NCBI GenBank assembly: GCA_016791105.1 | Contig: JAEUNM010000099.1 | Coordinates: 36,191-100,190 of the forward strand | Direction: 5' to 3' | Source of the DNA: Rhodocyclaceae bacterium | Lineage (GTDB): Bacteria; Pseudomonadota; Gammaproteobacteria; Burkholderiales; Rhodocyclaceae | DNA length: 64,000 nt | Shown: piece after piece, positions 1 through 10,710 of the stretch | How the letters are laid out: each line of letters begins with the position of its first letter | Numbering within the stretch: the first letter of the stretch is position 1 | Position numbers and translations under genes: made by a program | Notes under the pieces: generated by a model | Database searches by the model: none | The model's input: the letters and a program-made list of their open reading frames with translations, nothing else | What the model was told of the DNA's origin: nothing

Positions 1-92
1 GAAGCAGTGTAGCATCGGCAAAGCGCTTTCCCGGCGGGCAATAATCGTGCCGCGCTGGCCGGTGCGCAGCGCCTGCGTCGCGCGCCTGAGGC

Positions 93-1169
93 TCAGACCT
101 TGCGCGCGGCAGCCCGCGTCTGGCGCAACGCACCCAGAATGCGGCCGGCCACTTCGGTCAGCGGGGCGGTTTCGCACAGGGCACCGATCAGCGCGGCTTC
201 GCGCGGCATACCATACACCACGCAACTGGCTTCATCCTGGCCTATCGTCCAGGCGCCCGCACGCTTCAAGGCCAGCATGCCTTGCGCGCCGTCCTTGCCC
301 ATGCCGGTCAAAATGGCGGCCACGACATTGGTTCCTGCCGCCGTGACGGCAGAATTGAACAGCACGTCCACCGCCGGCCGATGACGATTCACCGGCTCCG
401 AGGCGGACAACTCGCAGGCATAGGCGCCGGGACCATTGCGCCGCACCGACAGATGCGAATGCCCCGGTGCCAGATAGGCCGTGCCGGCCTGCACGCGCTC
501 GCCGTGTTCGGCCTCCTTGACGCGCAGTGCGCATAGCCCGTCGAGCCGGCGCGCGAAACTGGAGGTAAACATTTCCGGCATGTGCTGCACGATAAGCACA
601 CCGGGCAGGTTGGCCGGCAGGCGCGACAGCACTTCCTTGATCGCTTCGGTGCCGCCGGTGGAGGCGCCGATCAGTATCAATTTGTCGTGGCCTACCCCGG
701 CCGGCAGCAAATCCTGACTTGCCGCCGGCTGGTTGGCGGCCGGCTGGGCGCGCGCGCGCAGGCGCGAACGGGCAGCGTAGGCGGCGCGCAATTTGTCGTG
801 TATTTCGTCGGCGTAGTGCTGCAACTGTTCGGCGGCCGATACCTTGGGTTTGGCGACGAAATCGACCGCGCCCAATTCCAGCGCCTGCAGGGTGGTTTCA
901 GACCCGCGCTCGGTAAGCGTGGAAATCATGATGACCGGCGTAGGACGCAGGCGCATCAGGCGCGAAAGAAATTCTATGCCGTCCATGCGCGGCATTTCGA
1001 CGTCCAGCGTAAGCACGTCTGGATTGAGCTGTTTGATCATTTCACGCGCCACGAGCGGGTCGGGCGCCGCGCCCACGACGTGAAAATCCGGCGAGCTTTC
1101 AATCACGCGTGACAACACCGCGCGCATTACCGCGGAATCGTCTACGACCAGAACCTTGATGACTGACAT
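93..1169 (-). CDS. cheB: Chemotaxis protein-glutamate methylesterase CheB (REC + methylesterase)
   Basis: ORF 93..1196. N-terminal receiver (VLVVDDS...DVEMPRMDG) and C-terminal esterase with a GASTGG serine motif. Start moved to the ATG at 1169 ([11 protein letters not shown]). Confidence 0.95.
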   Translation of the reverse strand: MSVIKVLVVDDSAVMRAVLSRVIESSPDFHVVGAAPDPLVAREMIKQLNPDVLTLDVEMPRMDGIEFLSRLMRLRPTPVIMISTLTERGSETTLQALELGAVDFVAKPKVSAAEQLQHYADEIHDKLRAAYAARSRLRARAQPAANQPAASQDLLPAGVGHDKLILIGASTGGTEAIKEVLSRLPANLPGVLIVQHMPEMFTSSFARRLDGLCALRVKEAEHGERVQAGTAYLAPGHSHLSVRRNGPGAYACELSASEPVNRHRPAVDVLFNSAVTAAGTNVVAAILTGMGKDGAQGMLALKRAGAWTIGQDEASCVVYGMPREAALIGALCETAPLTEVAGRILGALRQTRAAARKV

Positions 1170-1293
1170 ATGTTTCCCTGTCGGGGTATCACCCAAATAT
1201 CAGCGCGGCCGTGCCGCCCCTGGCGGCAGCCACCGGGCCGGCCCGCCTTGCATGCACATGCCAACCAGGCCGGCTGAATAAACCAGCCGGCGT

Positions 1294-1920
1294 TCAACCG
1301 AATAGTTCCACATCGCCAGATACCTTGTCGCGTTTAAGTCTGGCTTCGTAATCGCGCTCGCGCCGCACGAGTGTGTCGTTGTGCACGCGCACGAGTTTTT
1401 TCACCAGCACCCGTCCGGTGGTTGGAAAGAAATAGACCTTGCGCGGATAGATATCCAGCAAATCCTGCGCGACGAGAGAAATGTTTTCCTTTTTCAGATA
1501 GTTCAGAACGAATTCCGAATTGCGCTCGCCGACGTAACTTTGCGACATCGACGCCAGCACGCGTGCCCCGCCAAACACTTTGGCCTCCAGATTGTTGCGG
1601 CGTGCGCCGATTTTCAGCAACTGATTGACCAGCATTTCCATTGCATAGACGCCGTAGCGGCCGGAACTGGACAACAGGTCGTCGGTATTGTCCGGCAGCA
1701 TGAAGTGGTTCATGCCGCCCACGCCGCGTTCGCGGTCGCGCAGGCAGGCCGCGACGCAGGAGCCCAGCACCGTCACGATCACCATATTGGTGGTCGTGAC
1801 ATAGAACTCACCCGGCAGAACTTTCGCCGCTTCAACCTGAAATGTGCGATCGAAATAGCGGTTTTCCGCCAGGTGTTCCAGGTAGCCAGGATCACTCGCC
1901 ACTTGCGTCAGTGCGGGCAT
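1294..1920 (-). CDS. cheD: Chemoreceptor glutamine deamidase CheD
   Basis: ORF 1294..1998. Conserved CheD core (LPGEFYVTT...VLGSCVAACL). Sits between cheR and cheB. Start taken at MPALTQ (1920), overlapping the cheR stop by 29 nt. Confidence 0.9.
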   Translation of the reverse strand: MPALTQVASDPGYLEHLAENRYFDRTFQVEAAKVLPGEFYVTTTNMVIVTVLGSCVAACLRDRERGVGGMNHFMLPDNTDDLLSSSGRYGVYAMEMLVNQLLKIGARRNNLEAKVFGGARVLASMSQSYVGERNSEFVLNYLKKENISLVAQDLLDIYPRKVYFFPTTGRVLVKKLVRVHNDTLVRRERDYEARLKRDKVSGDVELFG

Positions 1921-2794
1921 AGACGGTCTTCCCAAGTGGGCGGAACAGGTCGGCTGCGTGGGCGAAACTTTCCGAATGCCCCGCGTAGAGCCGGCCATCG
2001 CGCTTGAGCAGGGGCCGGAACCGCGTGAGAATTTTGTGCTGCGTCGGCTTGTCGAAATAAATCATCACATTGCGACAGAAAATGATGTCCAGCGGCGTCG
2101 TGATGTTCCAGTTCGAATCGAGCAGATTGATGCGCCGGAATTCGATCAGGCGGCGCAATTCCGGCCGCACCCGCACGCGCCCGGCCTGCGCCCCGGTGCC
2201 TTTCTGAAAGAAGCGCTGCAGCCGCTCGCGCGACAGGCGCTCGACACGCTCATCGCCGTACACCGCCTGCTCCGCCTGGGCCAGTACCGCGGTGTCCAGA
2301 TCGCTCGCCAGTATGCGCACCGGCGGGTCCAGGCGGCCCCAGGTTTCGCAGGCCGTGATGGCGATCGAGTAAGGTTCTTCGCCGGTCGAACTGGCGCAGC
2401 ACCACACCGTCACCGGCTGCATGCCGTTGCTTTTGATGTACTTGGCGAAACTGTCGAAATGGTGCGCTTCGCGGAAAAAGCTGGTCAGATTCGTGGTGAG
2501 CGAATTGACGAACGTTTCCCATTCTTCGGCGTCGTTGGCTTCCAGGCGCTTGATGTACTCGGTAAAGCTGCGATCGCCGCGTGCGCGCAACCGCCGCGCC
2601 AGACGGCTGTACACCATGTCGAATTTGACCGGCGCCAGCGCGATGCCGGCGTGATCGTAAATGAGCTTGCGTATGCGCTCGAAATCGTCGCGCGTGAAGG
2701 CGAATTCGCGCCTCCCGTCCGCCGCCCCGGCGTCGCGCGCGGCGGCGCCGGGGCTGGCCGCTTGCCGCGGCGCGGAAGCAGTGCGTGCGTTCAT
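1892..2794 (-). CDS. cheR: Chemotaxis protein methyltransferase CheR
   Basis: ORF 1892..2854. CheR N-terminal helical domain plus SAM-methyltransferase fold (VWCCASSTGEEPYSIA). ATG at 2794 (MNARTAS) lies just after the upstream MCP stop. Confidence 0.93.
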   Translation of the reverse strand: MNARTASAPRQAASPGAAARDAGAADGRREFAFTRDDFERIRKLIYDHAGIALAPVKFDMVYSRLARRLRARGDRSFTEYIKRLEANDAEEWETFVNSLTTNLTSFFREAHHFDSFAKYIKSNGMQPVTVWCCASSTGEEPYSIAITACETWGRLDPPVRILASDLDTAVLAQAEQAVYGDERVERLSRERLQRFFQKGTGAQAGRVRVRPELRRLIEFRRINLLDSNWNITTPLDIIFCRNVMIYFDKPTQHKILTRFRPLLKRDGRLYAGHSESFAHAADLFRPLGKTVYARTDASGE

Positions 2795-2795
2795 T

Positions 2796-5630
2796 TCAGA
2801 ACTCTTCCCATTCGTCGTCAGCGCTTGCTGGCGGCATGGCACGGCCGCCGCCAACCGCTACCGCCTTGGCGGGTGGTGCTTTGGGCGGCGCCGCGGCGGC
2901 GGCAGGCAGTTTTTTCACCACCGCCGAGCTCGCCGGCGCGCTGCCGAAACTGCCGTCGAGCTTGAATATGGCGACCGTTTGCGACAGTACGGTGGCCTGT
3001 TCTTCCAGGCTTTCCGCTGCCGCAGCGGCCTGTTCGACCAGCGCGGCGTTTTGCTGCGTCACTTCGTCCATCTGGCCAACCGCCTGCGTCACCTGCTCGA
3101 TGCCGCTCGCCTGCTCGCGTGAAGCGGCAGCGATGTCGGCCACCAGCGAGCCGACCTGGCGTGCGCTGGATACCATTTCGTCCATCGTGCCGCCCGCGGA
3201 CTGCACCAGTTTCGCGCCTTGTTCCACTCGCTCTACCGAATCCGCGATGAGCGTCTTGATTTCTTTCGCCGCCTGCGCGCTGCGCTGAGCAAGGCTGCGA
3301 ACCTCGCTCGCCACCACCGCGAAACCGCGTCCCTGCTCACCGGCGCGTGCCGCTTCCACCGCCGCATTGAGCGCCAGGATGTTGGTCTGGAAGGCAATCG
3401 AGTCGATCACGCCGATAATGTCGGCAATTTTTCGGCTGGATTCCTGTATCGAGCCCATGGTGCCGACGACTTGTTTGACCATGTCGCCGCCGCGCGTCGC
3501 CACGCTATTGCTGCTTTGTGCAAGCTCATTGGCAGAGCGCGCGTTCTCGGCGTTCTGCCGCACCGTCGCGTTGAGTTCTTCCATCGAACTGGCGGTTTCC
3601 TGCAGGCTGGATGCCTGTTCTTCCGTGCGCGCCGACAAATCGGTATTGCCGGCAGCGATTTCCTTGGCCGCGGTATTGATGGCTTCGGTGGATTCCTTGA
3701 TGCGCCCGACCACTTCGCGCAGGCGCTCGACGGTGGTGTTGGCGTCGCTCTTCAACTGGCCGAAGGTACCCGCATAGTCGGCTTCGATTTTTTCCGACAG
3801 CACGCCGCGCGCAATGGCGTTCAGTACGCGCCCCACATCCTGCAGCCCTTTCGACACCAGGTCGACCAGGCTGTTGATGCCTTCCGCCTGCGTGCGCATG
3901 AAGCCCTGCTTGTTCGCAAGTTCCAGACGGCGGGTGAAATCGCCCTGCACCGCGGCGCCCATCAGGCCCGACAATTCGTTTTCGATCGCAATTTCGGCGG
4001 TGCGGTCCAGCCACTCGACAACCGTACCGACACGCCGGCCGACATCGTCCACCACCGGCACCACGATCAGGCGGAAAGTATTGGGACCGACCTTGATTTC
4101 CGTCCGGTAAGGCGCTTTAAGACCCGCGATCAACGAACGCTGGTGCGCCGGATTTTTGTGGAACTGGTCGATGTTGGCACCGATGAGCTTATCCACCGAG
4201 AAGGTCGGAAGCACCTGCTTGAGCGCCGCTTCCTTGACAGAGAGCATTTCGACCAGCGATTCGTTGGTGTAGATGATGTTGCAGTCGGCGTCGGCCAGCA
4301 TCACGTTGGTCGAGCATTTGTCCAGGCCAGCCTTGACGCGGATGGCTTCTTCGGCGATGCGGCGCGACTCGGCAACGTCATAACCGACCTTGGTCTGCAT
4401 GGAGCGCGCGGCGTCGAGAATGGCCGCCAGCTCATCGCGGGCATAGTCGGTCAGGTTCTTGTCCATGCGCCCTTCGGCGATGGCATTGATGAAGTCCGAG
4501 CCTAGCCGTATCGGTTGCATCAGCCGGCGCACGATGTACACGGACAACAGCACCAGCATGAGCGCGCCTGCACCCAATACCGCCAGGGCGGAGCCGGATA
4601 GTCGCGCCTGCCGCGTCAGGGCGTCATTGCTGGCAATGCCGGCCTGTTTGAGCTTGAGATCGACAATGTCGCTCAGCTTGCCCGTAAGCGGGTCTATCGC
4701 GGGGTACATGTCTTTCGCGGCATACTCGCGCAGGCCGTCGCGATCGTGCGCCTCGAGCAGTTTGCGCATCTGCGCGACCGACGCATTGGCTGCCTGCATC
4801 AAATGCTGCGCTTCGTCGGCGACCTTGCGCTCCTCACCCTGCGGATCGCCGGCAATGTATTCGGCCCATTTGCTTGCGGTCGTTTTCTGCGCGCTTTCGA
4901 CATTGGCGATGGCGGCATCGAAACCAAGGGCGCCGTCGCGGGTTTTGTGCGCCGTATCGACGATGTTCACTGCATACATGTCGGAAACGACTTTCAGGCG
5001 TTCGAGCGGTGTTACCCCCTTCTGCGCCAGCGCCGCAACCTCGCTGGCGGCTTCGCTCATGCCGTATTGCCCTATGCCGGCCACCACGCCGGCCACGACG
5101 CCCAGAACGCCCAGCATGGCATACAACTGCCCGCGCAAGGTGTTCAGGCGCAGCATGCGCACGAGCTGGCCGGCACCGGCCTTGACCACTTTGCCGTCGC
5201 GGATTTCAAGGCCTTTCGCCTTGCCGTCGCGAAACAGGGCATAGGCGGCGTCAGCCGCCGCGACGGCGTCGCGCGCCGGGCGCGTACGTACCGACATGTA
5301 GCCGATGATGCGGCCGCCTTCGCGTATGGGTGCGGCATTGGCCACCACCCAATAATGGTCGCCGTTCTTGCAGCGGTTCTTTACCAGGCCGGTCCAGGGA
5401 CGGCCTTCCTTGAGCGAATTCCACAGATCCTCGAATGCTTCCTTGGGCATGTCGGGGTGGCGCACGATGTTGTGCGAAGTCCCGATCAGTTCCTTTTCGG
5501 TAAAACCGCTAATTTCGATGAAATCGCGATTGATGTAGGTTATTACGCCCTTCAGATCGGTTTTCGACACGATCGTCATACCGTCGCGCATCTCGACTTC
5601 GCGTTGTGTCACCGGCATGTTGAGTTTCAT
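2796..5630 (-). CDS. Methyl-accepting chemotaxis protein, PAS-TM-periplasmic-TM-HAMP-PAS-MA architecture, 944 aa
   Basis: N-terminal PAS ([32 protein letters not shown]...WTGLVKNR). Two hydrophobic segments. Highly conserved MCP hairpin tip ([40 protein letters not shown]). C-terminus is ...DDEWEEF. Confidence 0.95.
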   Translation of the reverse strand: MKLNMPVTQREVEMRDGMTIVSKTDLKGVITYINRDFIEISGFTEKELIGTSHNIVRHPDMPKEAFEDLWNSLKEGRPWTGLVKNRCKNGDHYWVVANAAPIREGGRIIGYMSVRTRPARDAVAAADAAYALFRDGKAKGLEIRDGKVVKAGAGQLVRMLRLNTLRGQLYAMLGVLGVVAGVVAGIGQYGMSEAASEVAALAQKGVTPLERLKVVSDMYAVNIVDTAHKTRDGALGFDAAIANVESAQKTTASKWAEYIAGDPQGEERKVADEAQHLMQAANASVAQMRKLLEAHDRDGLREYAAKDMYPAIDPLTGKLSDIVDLKLKQAGIASNDALTRQARLSGSALAVLGAGALMLVLLSVYIVRRLMQPIRLGSDFINAIAEGRMDKNLTDYARDELAAILDAARSMQTKVGYDVAESRRIAEEAIRVKAGLDKCSTNVMLADADCNIIYTNESLVEMLSVKEAALKQVLPTFSVDKLIGANIDQFHKNPAHQRSLIAGLKAPYRTEIKVGPNTFRLIVVPVVDDVGRRVGTVVEWLDRTAEIAIENELSGLMGAAVQGDFTRRLELANKQGFMRTQAEGINSLVDLVSKGLQDVGRVLNAIARGVLSEKIEADYAGTFGQLKSDANTTVERLREVVGRIKESTEAINTAAKEIAAGNTDLSARTEEQASSLQETASSMEELNATVRQNAENARSANELAQSSNSVATRGGDMVKQVVGTMGSIQESSRKIADIIGVIDSIAFQTNILALNAAVEAARAGEQGRGFAVVASEVRSLAQRSAQAAKEIKTLIADSVERVEQGAKLVQSAGGTMDEMVSSARQVGSLVADIAAASREQASGIEQVTQAVGQMDEVTQQNAALVEQAAAAAESLEEQATVLSQTVAIFKLDGSFGSAPASSAVVKKLPAAAAAPPKAPPAKAVAVGGGRAMPPASADDEWEEF

Positions 5631-5991
5631 CTATATACCCTTCGCAGTGAGGTTCTTTGCGTATTACGGCACGCGGCGGCGCGGCTGAAGGGGCGCGCGC
5701 ATGCCTTTCGGTTGGGCCGGACAGGCCTGCAACAGGCGGGGAAAAGTTTGTCCCATTGTGCTTACGCGTTGGGCACAGGTAACTGCGAGCGCGCAGCGCG
5801 CGCGCCGTCGGCCGCGCCCAGATGGGACCGCTGCCGGTCGGCAGGCCGGCCTAAGCAAGCGCGGGCGTGAGGCCGTGCCTCCGCCGCGCCAGGGTGGTGA
5901 CACCACATCAGGACCGAGCATGCAGGCAAACTTCATGTGCGGGCCCCGCACGGCTCATATTGCCGCGCGGGTTCGGCAAAACTGGCGGGCC

Positions 5992-6501
5992 TTAGTGTAC
6001 CGGCGCGTCCACCAGCGCCATGTCCGGCGAAAGCATCAGTTTTTCTATATCCACCACGATGAGCATGCGTTCGTCCAGCGTGCCCAGACCGACGATGTAG
6101 CGCGTATCGACCTGCGCGGCAAAATCCGGCGCCGGACGTACCTGCGAGGACGCCAGGGCGATCACGTCGGACACGCTATCGACCACCACCCCCACCACGC
6201 GCTTGCCCACATTCAGAATGATGGTGACGGTGAATGGCGTATATTCCACGCGCCCGACGCGGAACTTGATGCGCAGGTCCACCACCGGCACGATGATGCC
6301 GCGCAGGTTTATCACCCCCTTGATGAACTCGGGAGCATTGGCGATGGTCGTCACGGCGTCATAGCCGCGGATTTCCTGCACCTTCAGAATATCTATCGCA
6401 TATTCTTCGGCACCCAGGCGGAAGGTCAGGTATTCCTGGGCGTAGCCGCTGTCTTCGGGGCTTTCGCTGCGTGCGGCTTGAACTTCGAGAGCATGCTGCA
6501 T
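5992..6501 (-). CDS. cheW: Chemotaxis coupling protein CheW
   Basis: ORF 5992..6714. CheW fold motifs ([25 protein letters not shown]...[14 protein letters not shown]). ATG at 6501 is preceded by an AAGGAGAAA ribosome-binding site. The upstream ORF extension is Arg/Ala-rich noise. Confidence 0.93.
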   Translation of the reverse strand: MQHALEVQAARSESPEDSGYAQEYLTFRLGAEEYAIDILKVQEIRGYDAVTTIANAPEFIKGVINLRGIIVPVVDLRIKFRVGRVEYTPFTVTIILNVGKRVVGVVVDSVSDVIALASSQVRPAPDFAAQVDTRYIVGLGTLDERMLIVVDIEKLMLSPDMALVDAPVH

Positions 6502-6710
6502 GTGGTTTCTCCTTGAACCGGACCTTGGTACTAACGGCCTTTGTGCGGCGGGCTTGAGTCCGCGGCGGACGGATCCGCGCGACGAGCAATGCCCGGCAGC
6601 GCGCCGCAGCAGGCGCTGCCGAAGTGCTGTTTGGAAAGAAATTGCGAGCTGGCGGATGGATCTGCCGGCAGCCGCCGCACGGGCAGGCTGCCGGTGGCAA
6701 GGCGTGCAGA

Positions 6711-8969
6711 TCAAGCGGCCGCGAGCAGGCGCCGCGAACGGCCAACCAGGCCCAGCACGTCCAGGATCAGGCCGACACGGCCGTCGCCCATGATGGTGGC
6801 ACCGGCGATGCCGGGTACGCGCCTATAGTTGGCTTCCAGGCTTTTGATGACGACCTGATGCTGGCCCACCAGAGTATCCACGAATAGTCCGGCTTTAGTG
6901 CCGTCGGCTTCGAGCACGACCATGATGCCCTGTTCGAACTGTTCGCAGTGGCCAGGCACGTTGAATACTTCGTGCAGAGCCACCACGGGAAGATATTCAC
7001 CGCGCACCTGAATCAGGCGTTCCACGCCGGAAATGCTTTTCATCATGCTGCGCTTGGGCTGCAGCGATTCGACCACATAGTTGAGCGGAATGATGTAGGT
7101 TTCCTTGCCAACGGCCACCGACATGCCATCCAGAATCGCAAGCGTCAGTGGCAGGCGCACGGTCATGCGCGTACCTACGCCTGTAACGGATTCGATATCG
7201 ACGCGCCCGCCCAGCGCTGCGATATTCTTTTTCACCACGTCCATGCCGACGCCGCGGCCGGACACTTCGGTTACCTTTTCGGCAGTGGAAAATCCGGCTT
7301 CGAATATGAGCGCCCACACTTCGTGGTCGGCCATGCTGTCGGACACCGTCATGCCGCGCTCGCGCGCCTTGTCGAGGATTTTTTCGCGGCGCAGGCCGGC
7401 GCCGTCGTCGCCTACTTCGATCACGATATTCCCGCTCTGCTGGTAGGCCTTGAGCGTGATGGTGCCTTCCGCCGGCTTGCCTGCAGCCAGGCGCTCGGCC
7501 GGACTTTCGATGCCATGGTCCAGGCTGTTGCGCACCAGGTGCGTGAGCGGATCGGTAATGCGCTCGACCAGGCCTTTATCGAGTTCGGTGCCCTCGCCTA
7601 TGGTTACCAGGCGCACCTGCTTGTTGAGCTTTTGCGATAGATCGCGCACCACGCGCGGGAAGCGCGAGAACACCACGGATATCGGCAGCATGCGTATCGA
7701 CATGACCGATTCCTGCAGATCGCGGGTATTCCGTTCGAGCTGGGCAAGCCCGTTCATGAGGCGCTCGTTGATGGCCGGATCGAGTTTGGTCGCGGACTGC
7801 GCCAGCATGGCTTGCGTAATGACCAGTTCGCCGACCAGGTTGATCATCTGGTCCACCTTTTCCACGCTCACGCGGATCGAATTGTCGGCCGCGCCAGCCG
7901 GCTTGGCGGCAGGCCTGGCTTCGCGCGCGGCAGGTGTGGCCGGGGCTTCCTTGCGTGCTTCGGGCTGCGGTCCCGCGGCAGGCGCGGAGGGCTTGTCGGT
8001 CGCCTGCGCGACCACGGCCTCGGGCGCCGCCACGGGTTCGAAAAATCCATATCCGGCGTCGGCTACCGCTACCAGGGCCGGCTTGGGCACGTCCGGCAGC
8101 GGTTCGAAAAATCCATACGGCTCGGCTTTCGCGGCTTCCTGAGGGGCTGCCGGTACGGGCTCGGCCGGCGCAGCTTGCGCCTCTGTGTCAAACAGGCCGA
8201 ATACCGCGGCATCATCCTCGACGGTGGGCACAAAAAACCCGTATGCCCCGGCGATGTCGTCGTTGGGCAGGGGCTCAGCGAGCTGTAGTTCGGCGACCGC
8301 ACGTCCCGGCAGGGCGGCCGTGGCGATGCTGATACGTACACTGCCCGGCTCGGCGACGAAATCCAGCACTTCGGCGATGGCAGGCTGGCCGGCGCCGGTC
8401 TGCACCTTCAGGCGCCATACGCCGGAAGTGCTGCCTTGCGGACACTGCACGATTTCGACCTCGCCCAATGCGCCGATTTCGGCCAGCAGATTGTCGATTA
8501 CGTCGGAGGTGATCGCACGGCGGCTGTCGGTTTCAAAAAACACGTCGTAGGTGAAACGCGTGGCGACCGCTTCGACGACGTTGCCGGCGGCCAGCGCGCG
8601 CAGCTTTTCGCACACGGCCTCCTCGGCGGCACGATCGACCTCGCCTTCGCCCTTGTGAAACGCCAGCATTCCGCGCAGCACGTCGCCGGCTTCCAGGCTG
8701 GCATCGACCATGGGCGCGGTAAGCTGCAGTTCGCCTTTGCGCACGCGGTCGAGCAAGGTTTCGAGTTCGTGCGTCACGCGCGCCATGTCCTCGAATCCGA
8801 AGGTGCCGGAGCTACCCTTGATGGAGTGGGCGGCACGGAATATCGCATTCATTTGCTCGCCGTCGGACTGATCGAGCTGGGTATCGAGCAATAAGGCTTC
8901 CATGTTCGCCAGGTGTTCGGCGACTTCTTCGAAAAACACCTGGTAGAACTGGCTCATGTCTATGGACAC
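6711..8969 (-). CDS. cheA: Chemotaxis histidine kinase CheA (P1-P5), 752 aa
   Basis: Hpt motif [14 protein letters not shown], dimerisation and HATPase domains ([15 protein letters not shown]), and a C-terminal CheW-like P5 domain. Confidence 0.97.
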   Translation of the reverse strand: MSIDMSQFYQVFFEEVAEHLANMEALLLDTQLDQSDGEQMNAIFRAAHSIKGSSGTFGFEDMARVTHELETLLDRVRKGELQLTAPMVDASLEAGDVLRGMLAFHKGEGEVDRAAEEAVCEKLRALAAGNVVEAVATRFTYDVFFETDSRRAITSDVIDNLLAEIGALGEVEIVQCPQGSTSGVWRLKVQTGAGQPAIAEVLDFVAEPGSVRISIATAALPGRAVAELQLAEPLPNDDIAGAYGFFVPTVEDDAAVFGLFDTEAQAAPAEPVPAAPQEAAKAEPYGFFEPLPDVPKPALVAVADAGYGFFEPVAAPEAVVAQATDKPSAPAAGPQPEARKEAPATPAAREARPAAKPAGAADNSIRVSVEKVDQMINLVGELVITQAMLAQSATKLDPAINERLMNGLAQLERNTRDLQESVMSIRMLPISVVFSRFPRVVRDLSQKLNKQVRLVTIGEGTELDKGLVERITDPLTHLVRNSLDHGIESPAERLAAGKPAEGTITLKAYQQSGNIVIEVGDDGAGLRREKILDKARERGMTVSDSMADHEVWALIFEAGFSTAEKVTEVSGRGVGMDVVKKNIAALGGRVDIESVTGVGTRMTVRLPLTLAILDGMSVAVGKETYIIPLNYVVESLQPKRSMMKSISGVERLIQVRGEYLPVVALHEVFNVPGHCEQFEQGIMVVLEADGTKAGLFVDTLVGQHQVVIKSLEANYRRVPGIAGATIMGDGRVGLILDVLGLVGRSRRLLAAA

Positions 8970-9011
8970 GCGGGCCTCCTTGGGTTCGTGGGTTGCGCGT
9001 ACGGCTGCGGC

Positions 9012-9377
9012 TCAGCCTATGACTTTTTTGACCACTTCGACCAGCTTGTTGGGGTCGAATGGTTTCACCAGCCAGCCGGTGGCGCCGGCGGTGCGCCCCT
9101 GCGCCTTCATGGCATCCGACGATTCCGTCGTAAGCATCAGAATCGGCGTGGTTTTGTATTGCGCCATTGCGCGCAAGCTTTTGATGAGCGTAAGCCCGTC
9201 CATGCGCGGCATGTTCTGGTCCGTCAGCACCAGATTGACGGATTTGGATTTGGCTTTTTCCAGCCCATCCTGTCCATCCACTGCCTCGATGACTTCATAC
9301 CCGGAGCTTTTCAGCGTGAACGACACCATCTGCCGTATGGACGCCGAATCGTCGATTGCAAGTACCGTTTTGGCCAT
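9012..9377 (-). CDS. cheY: Chemotaxis response regulator CheY
   Basis: Single REC domain (VLAIDDS...TDQNMPRMDG...KP). ATG at 9377 is preceded by GAGGA 8 nt upstream. The ORF-track start at 9404 is a TTG. Confidence 0.93.
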   Translation of the reverse strand: MAKTVLAIDDSASIRQMVSFTLKSSGYEVIEAVDGQDGLEKAKSKSVNLVLTDQNMPRMDGLTLIKSLRAMAQYKTTPILMLTTESSDAMKAQGRTAGATGWLVKPFDPNKLVEVVKKVIG

Positions 9378-9400
9378 GTCCGTAATCCTCAAATTTCCTA

Positions 9401-10603
9401 TCAAAACAGCTCTACTTCGCCCTGCGCGTAGTTTTGTTGCAGTACCGGCGCCCGCGCGGACTGGCGCGCCAGTTCTTCAAATAGTTGATTCAGCATGTCC
9501 ATGGCCTGGCCCGGCGGCTGTTCGCCGCGTGCCAGTGCGGGCATGAGCAGGCTCATCTGATCCATGATTTGCTGCACGACGCCGGCGCGTTCGGCGCCGT
9601 GAAACAATAGTTGCGTCACCATGTCCTGGAACTGCAAGGCGGTGACGGCATGCCCCACCTCGACATCGACACGTTCCGCCGAAACGGCGAGCCTTTTGAT
9701 CACTTCGGCGCGCGTGGAATTGATGCGGTCGATACGGCTGATGATTTCTTCGACGCGCGCGCGCGACTCGAGCGCAAAGGTCATGTCCTGGCTCGCCATG
9801 CGTGCGATGGCCTTTTCGGTCACCGCCACGGCGCTGTACATCTTGTCCATTAGTTGGAAAATCTGCTGCGAAAATTGCGTCGTGCGAGCCGACAGGTCGC
9901 GCACTTCGTCGGCCACCACGGCGAATCCGCGCCCAGCTTCGCCGGCCCGCGCAGCTTCGATCGCAGCGTTCAGCGCGAGCAGATTGGTTTGTTTGGAAAT
10001 GCCGCCGATTTCACCCAGAATGCCTCGCACCTGCTGCGTATAAGTGCTGATGCCGTCGGTCATTTCCACCAGTTCCATGCCCAGCTTGCTGTTCGCAATA
10101 ATGCTGTCCACAACTTTCTGCATGGTGTCCGACGTATCGGCGATGAATTTATCCAGCCGCACCACATCGTTGTCCTCATCGGTACTGGCGTCACCGGTGG
10201 TCACTTTGAGCGCGGTGGTGCGCTGTACCTCGGTTTCGCGCTGCACACCGTGAAAGCTGCTGGTCAGTTGACCGATCGCCTCGTTCAGCAAAGTTTGCAC
10301 GCGCCCGCTTTCTTCACGCAGGCGCGCGAGTTGCGCTGCCGCTTCGCGCGCGCTGCGCTCCACGAGCGGAGCCACGGTGGCAGCGGCGAACGCACTTGGC
10401 AGGGGTTGGGCATGGTCAGGGGTAATCGGGTCGGCTTGTAGCGGCCGCTGCCAGGCAGCCACCGCCCAGCCCGCGGCGCACAGCAGCAGAGCCGAAAGCG
10501 CCGTTCCCGCGCTGCCGGCGGGCAGCACGGCGTACAGGGCCACCGCGATTAGCAGCGTCCACGTTACCGCGACTCCGATCCTCACCATGTTGGGCCTTGC
10601 CAT
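9401..10603 (-). CDS. Short methyl-accepting chemotaxis protein (two TM segments, minimal loop, MA domain)
   Basis: MCP tip motif [38 protein letters not shown]. Two N-terminal hydrophobic helices. No recognisable periplasmic domain. Start is the ATG at 10603 or the TTG at 10627. Confidence 0.85.
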   Translation of the reverse strand: MARPNMVRIGVAVTWTLLIAVALYAVLPAGSAGTALSALLLCAAGWAVAAWQRPLQADPITPDHAQPLPSAFAAATVAPLVERSAREAAAQLARLREESGRVQTLLNEAIGQLTSSFHGVQRETEVQRTTALKVTTGDASTDEDNDVVRLDKFIADTSDTMQKVVDSIIANSKLGMELVEMTDGISTYTQQVRGILGEIGGISKQTNLLALNAAIEAARAGEAGRGFAVVADEVRDLSARTTQFSQQIFQLMDKMYSAVAVTEKAIARMASQDMTFALESRARVEEIISRIDRINSTRAEVIKRLAVSAERVDVEVGHAVTALQFQDMVTQLLFHGAERAGVVQQIMDQMSLLMPALARGEQPPGQAMDMLNQLFEELARQSARAPVLQQNYAQGEVELF

Positions 10604-10681
10604 TGTCAATTCCGGTTTCTCGTTCAATTCCCTGATTCAACACTGCGTCGGGTGCCGCATTAACTGCCGACACGCCTATTG

Positions 10682-10710
10682 CTATCGGCAACAAGGCCAG
10701 CCGGCTTTAG
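10682..10710 (-). promoter_or_regulatory. Candidate sigma-28 (FliA) promoter for the short MCP-cheY-cheA unit
   Basis: Minus strand reads CTAAAGCCG-N11/12-GCCGATAG, against the enteric consensus TAAAGTTT-N11-GCCGATAA. The -35 element overlaps the motB stop codon. Confidence 0.5.

Noticed and set aside
1-92. Possible start of another minus-strand gene downstream of cheB (ATG at 15, MLHCF...)
   Set aside because: Only five codons lie inside the window, which is not enough to support a call.
3219-4505. 428-aa plus-strand ORF inside the MCP gene. The same applies to 25252..26385, 32631..33980, 43951..45048, 53255..54112 and similar long antisense ORFs.
   Set aside because: All lie opposite genes with strong family signatures and show skewed Arg/His/Ala composition without motifs. 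They are GC-driven shadow frames.
5655-5700. GCCGTAAT as a possible sigma-28 -10 element for the large MCP
   Set aside because: No acceptable TAAA-type -35 lies at 11-12 nt spacing, so the match is too weak to call.
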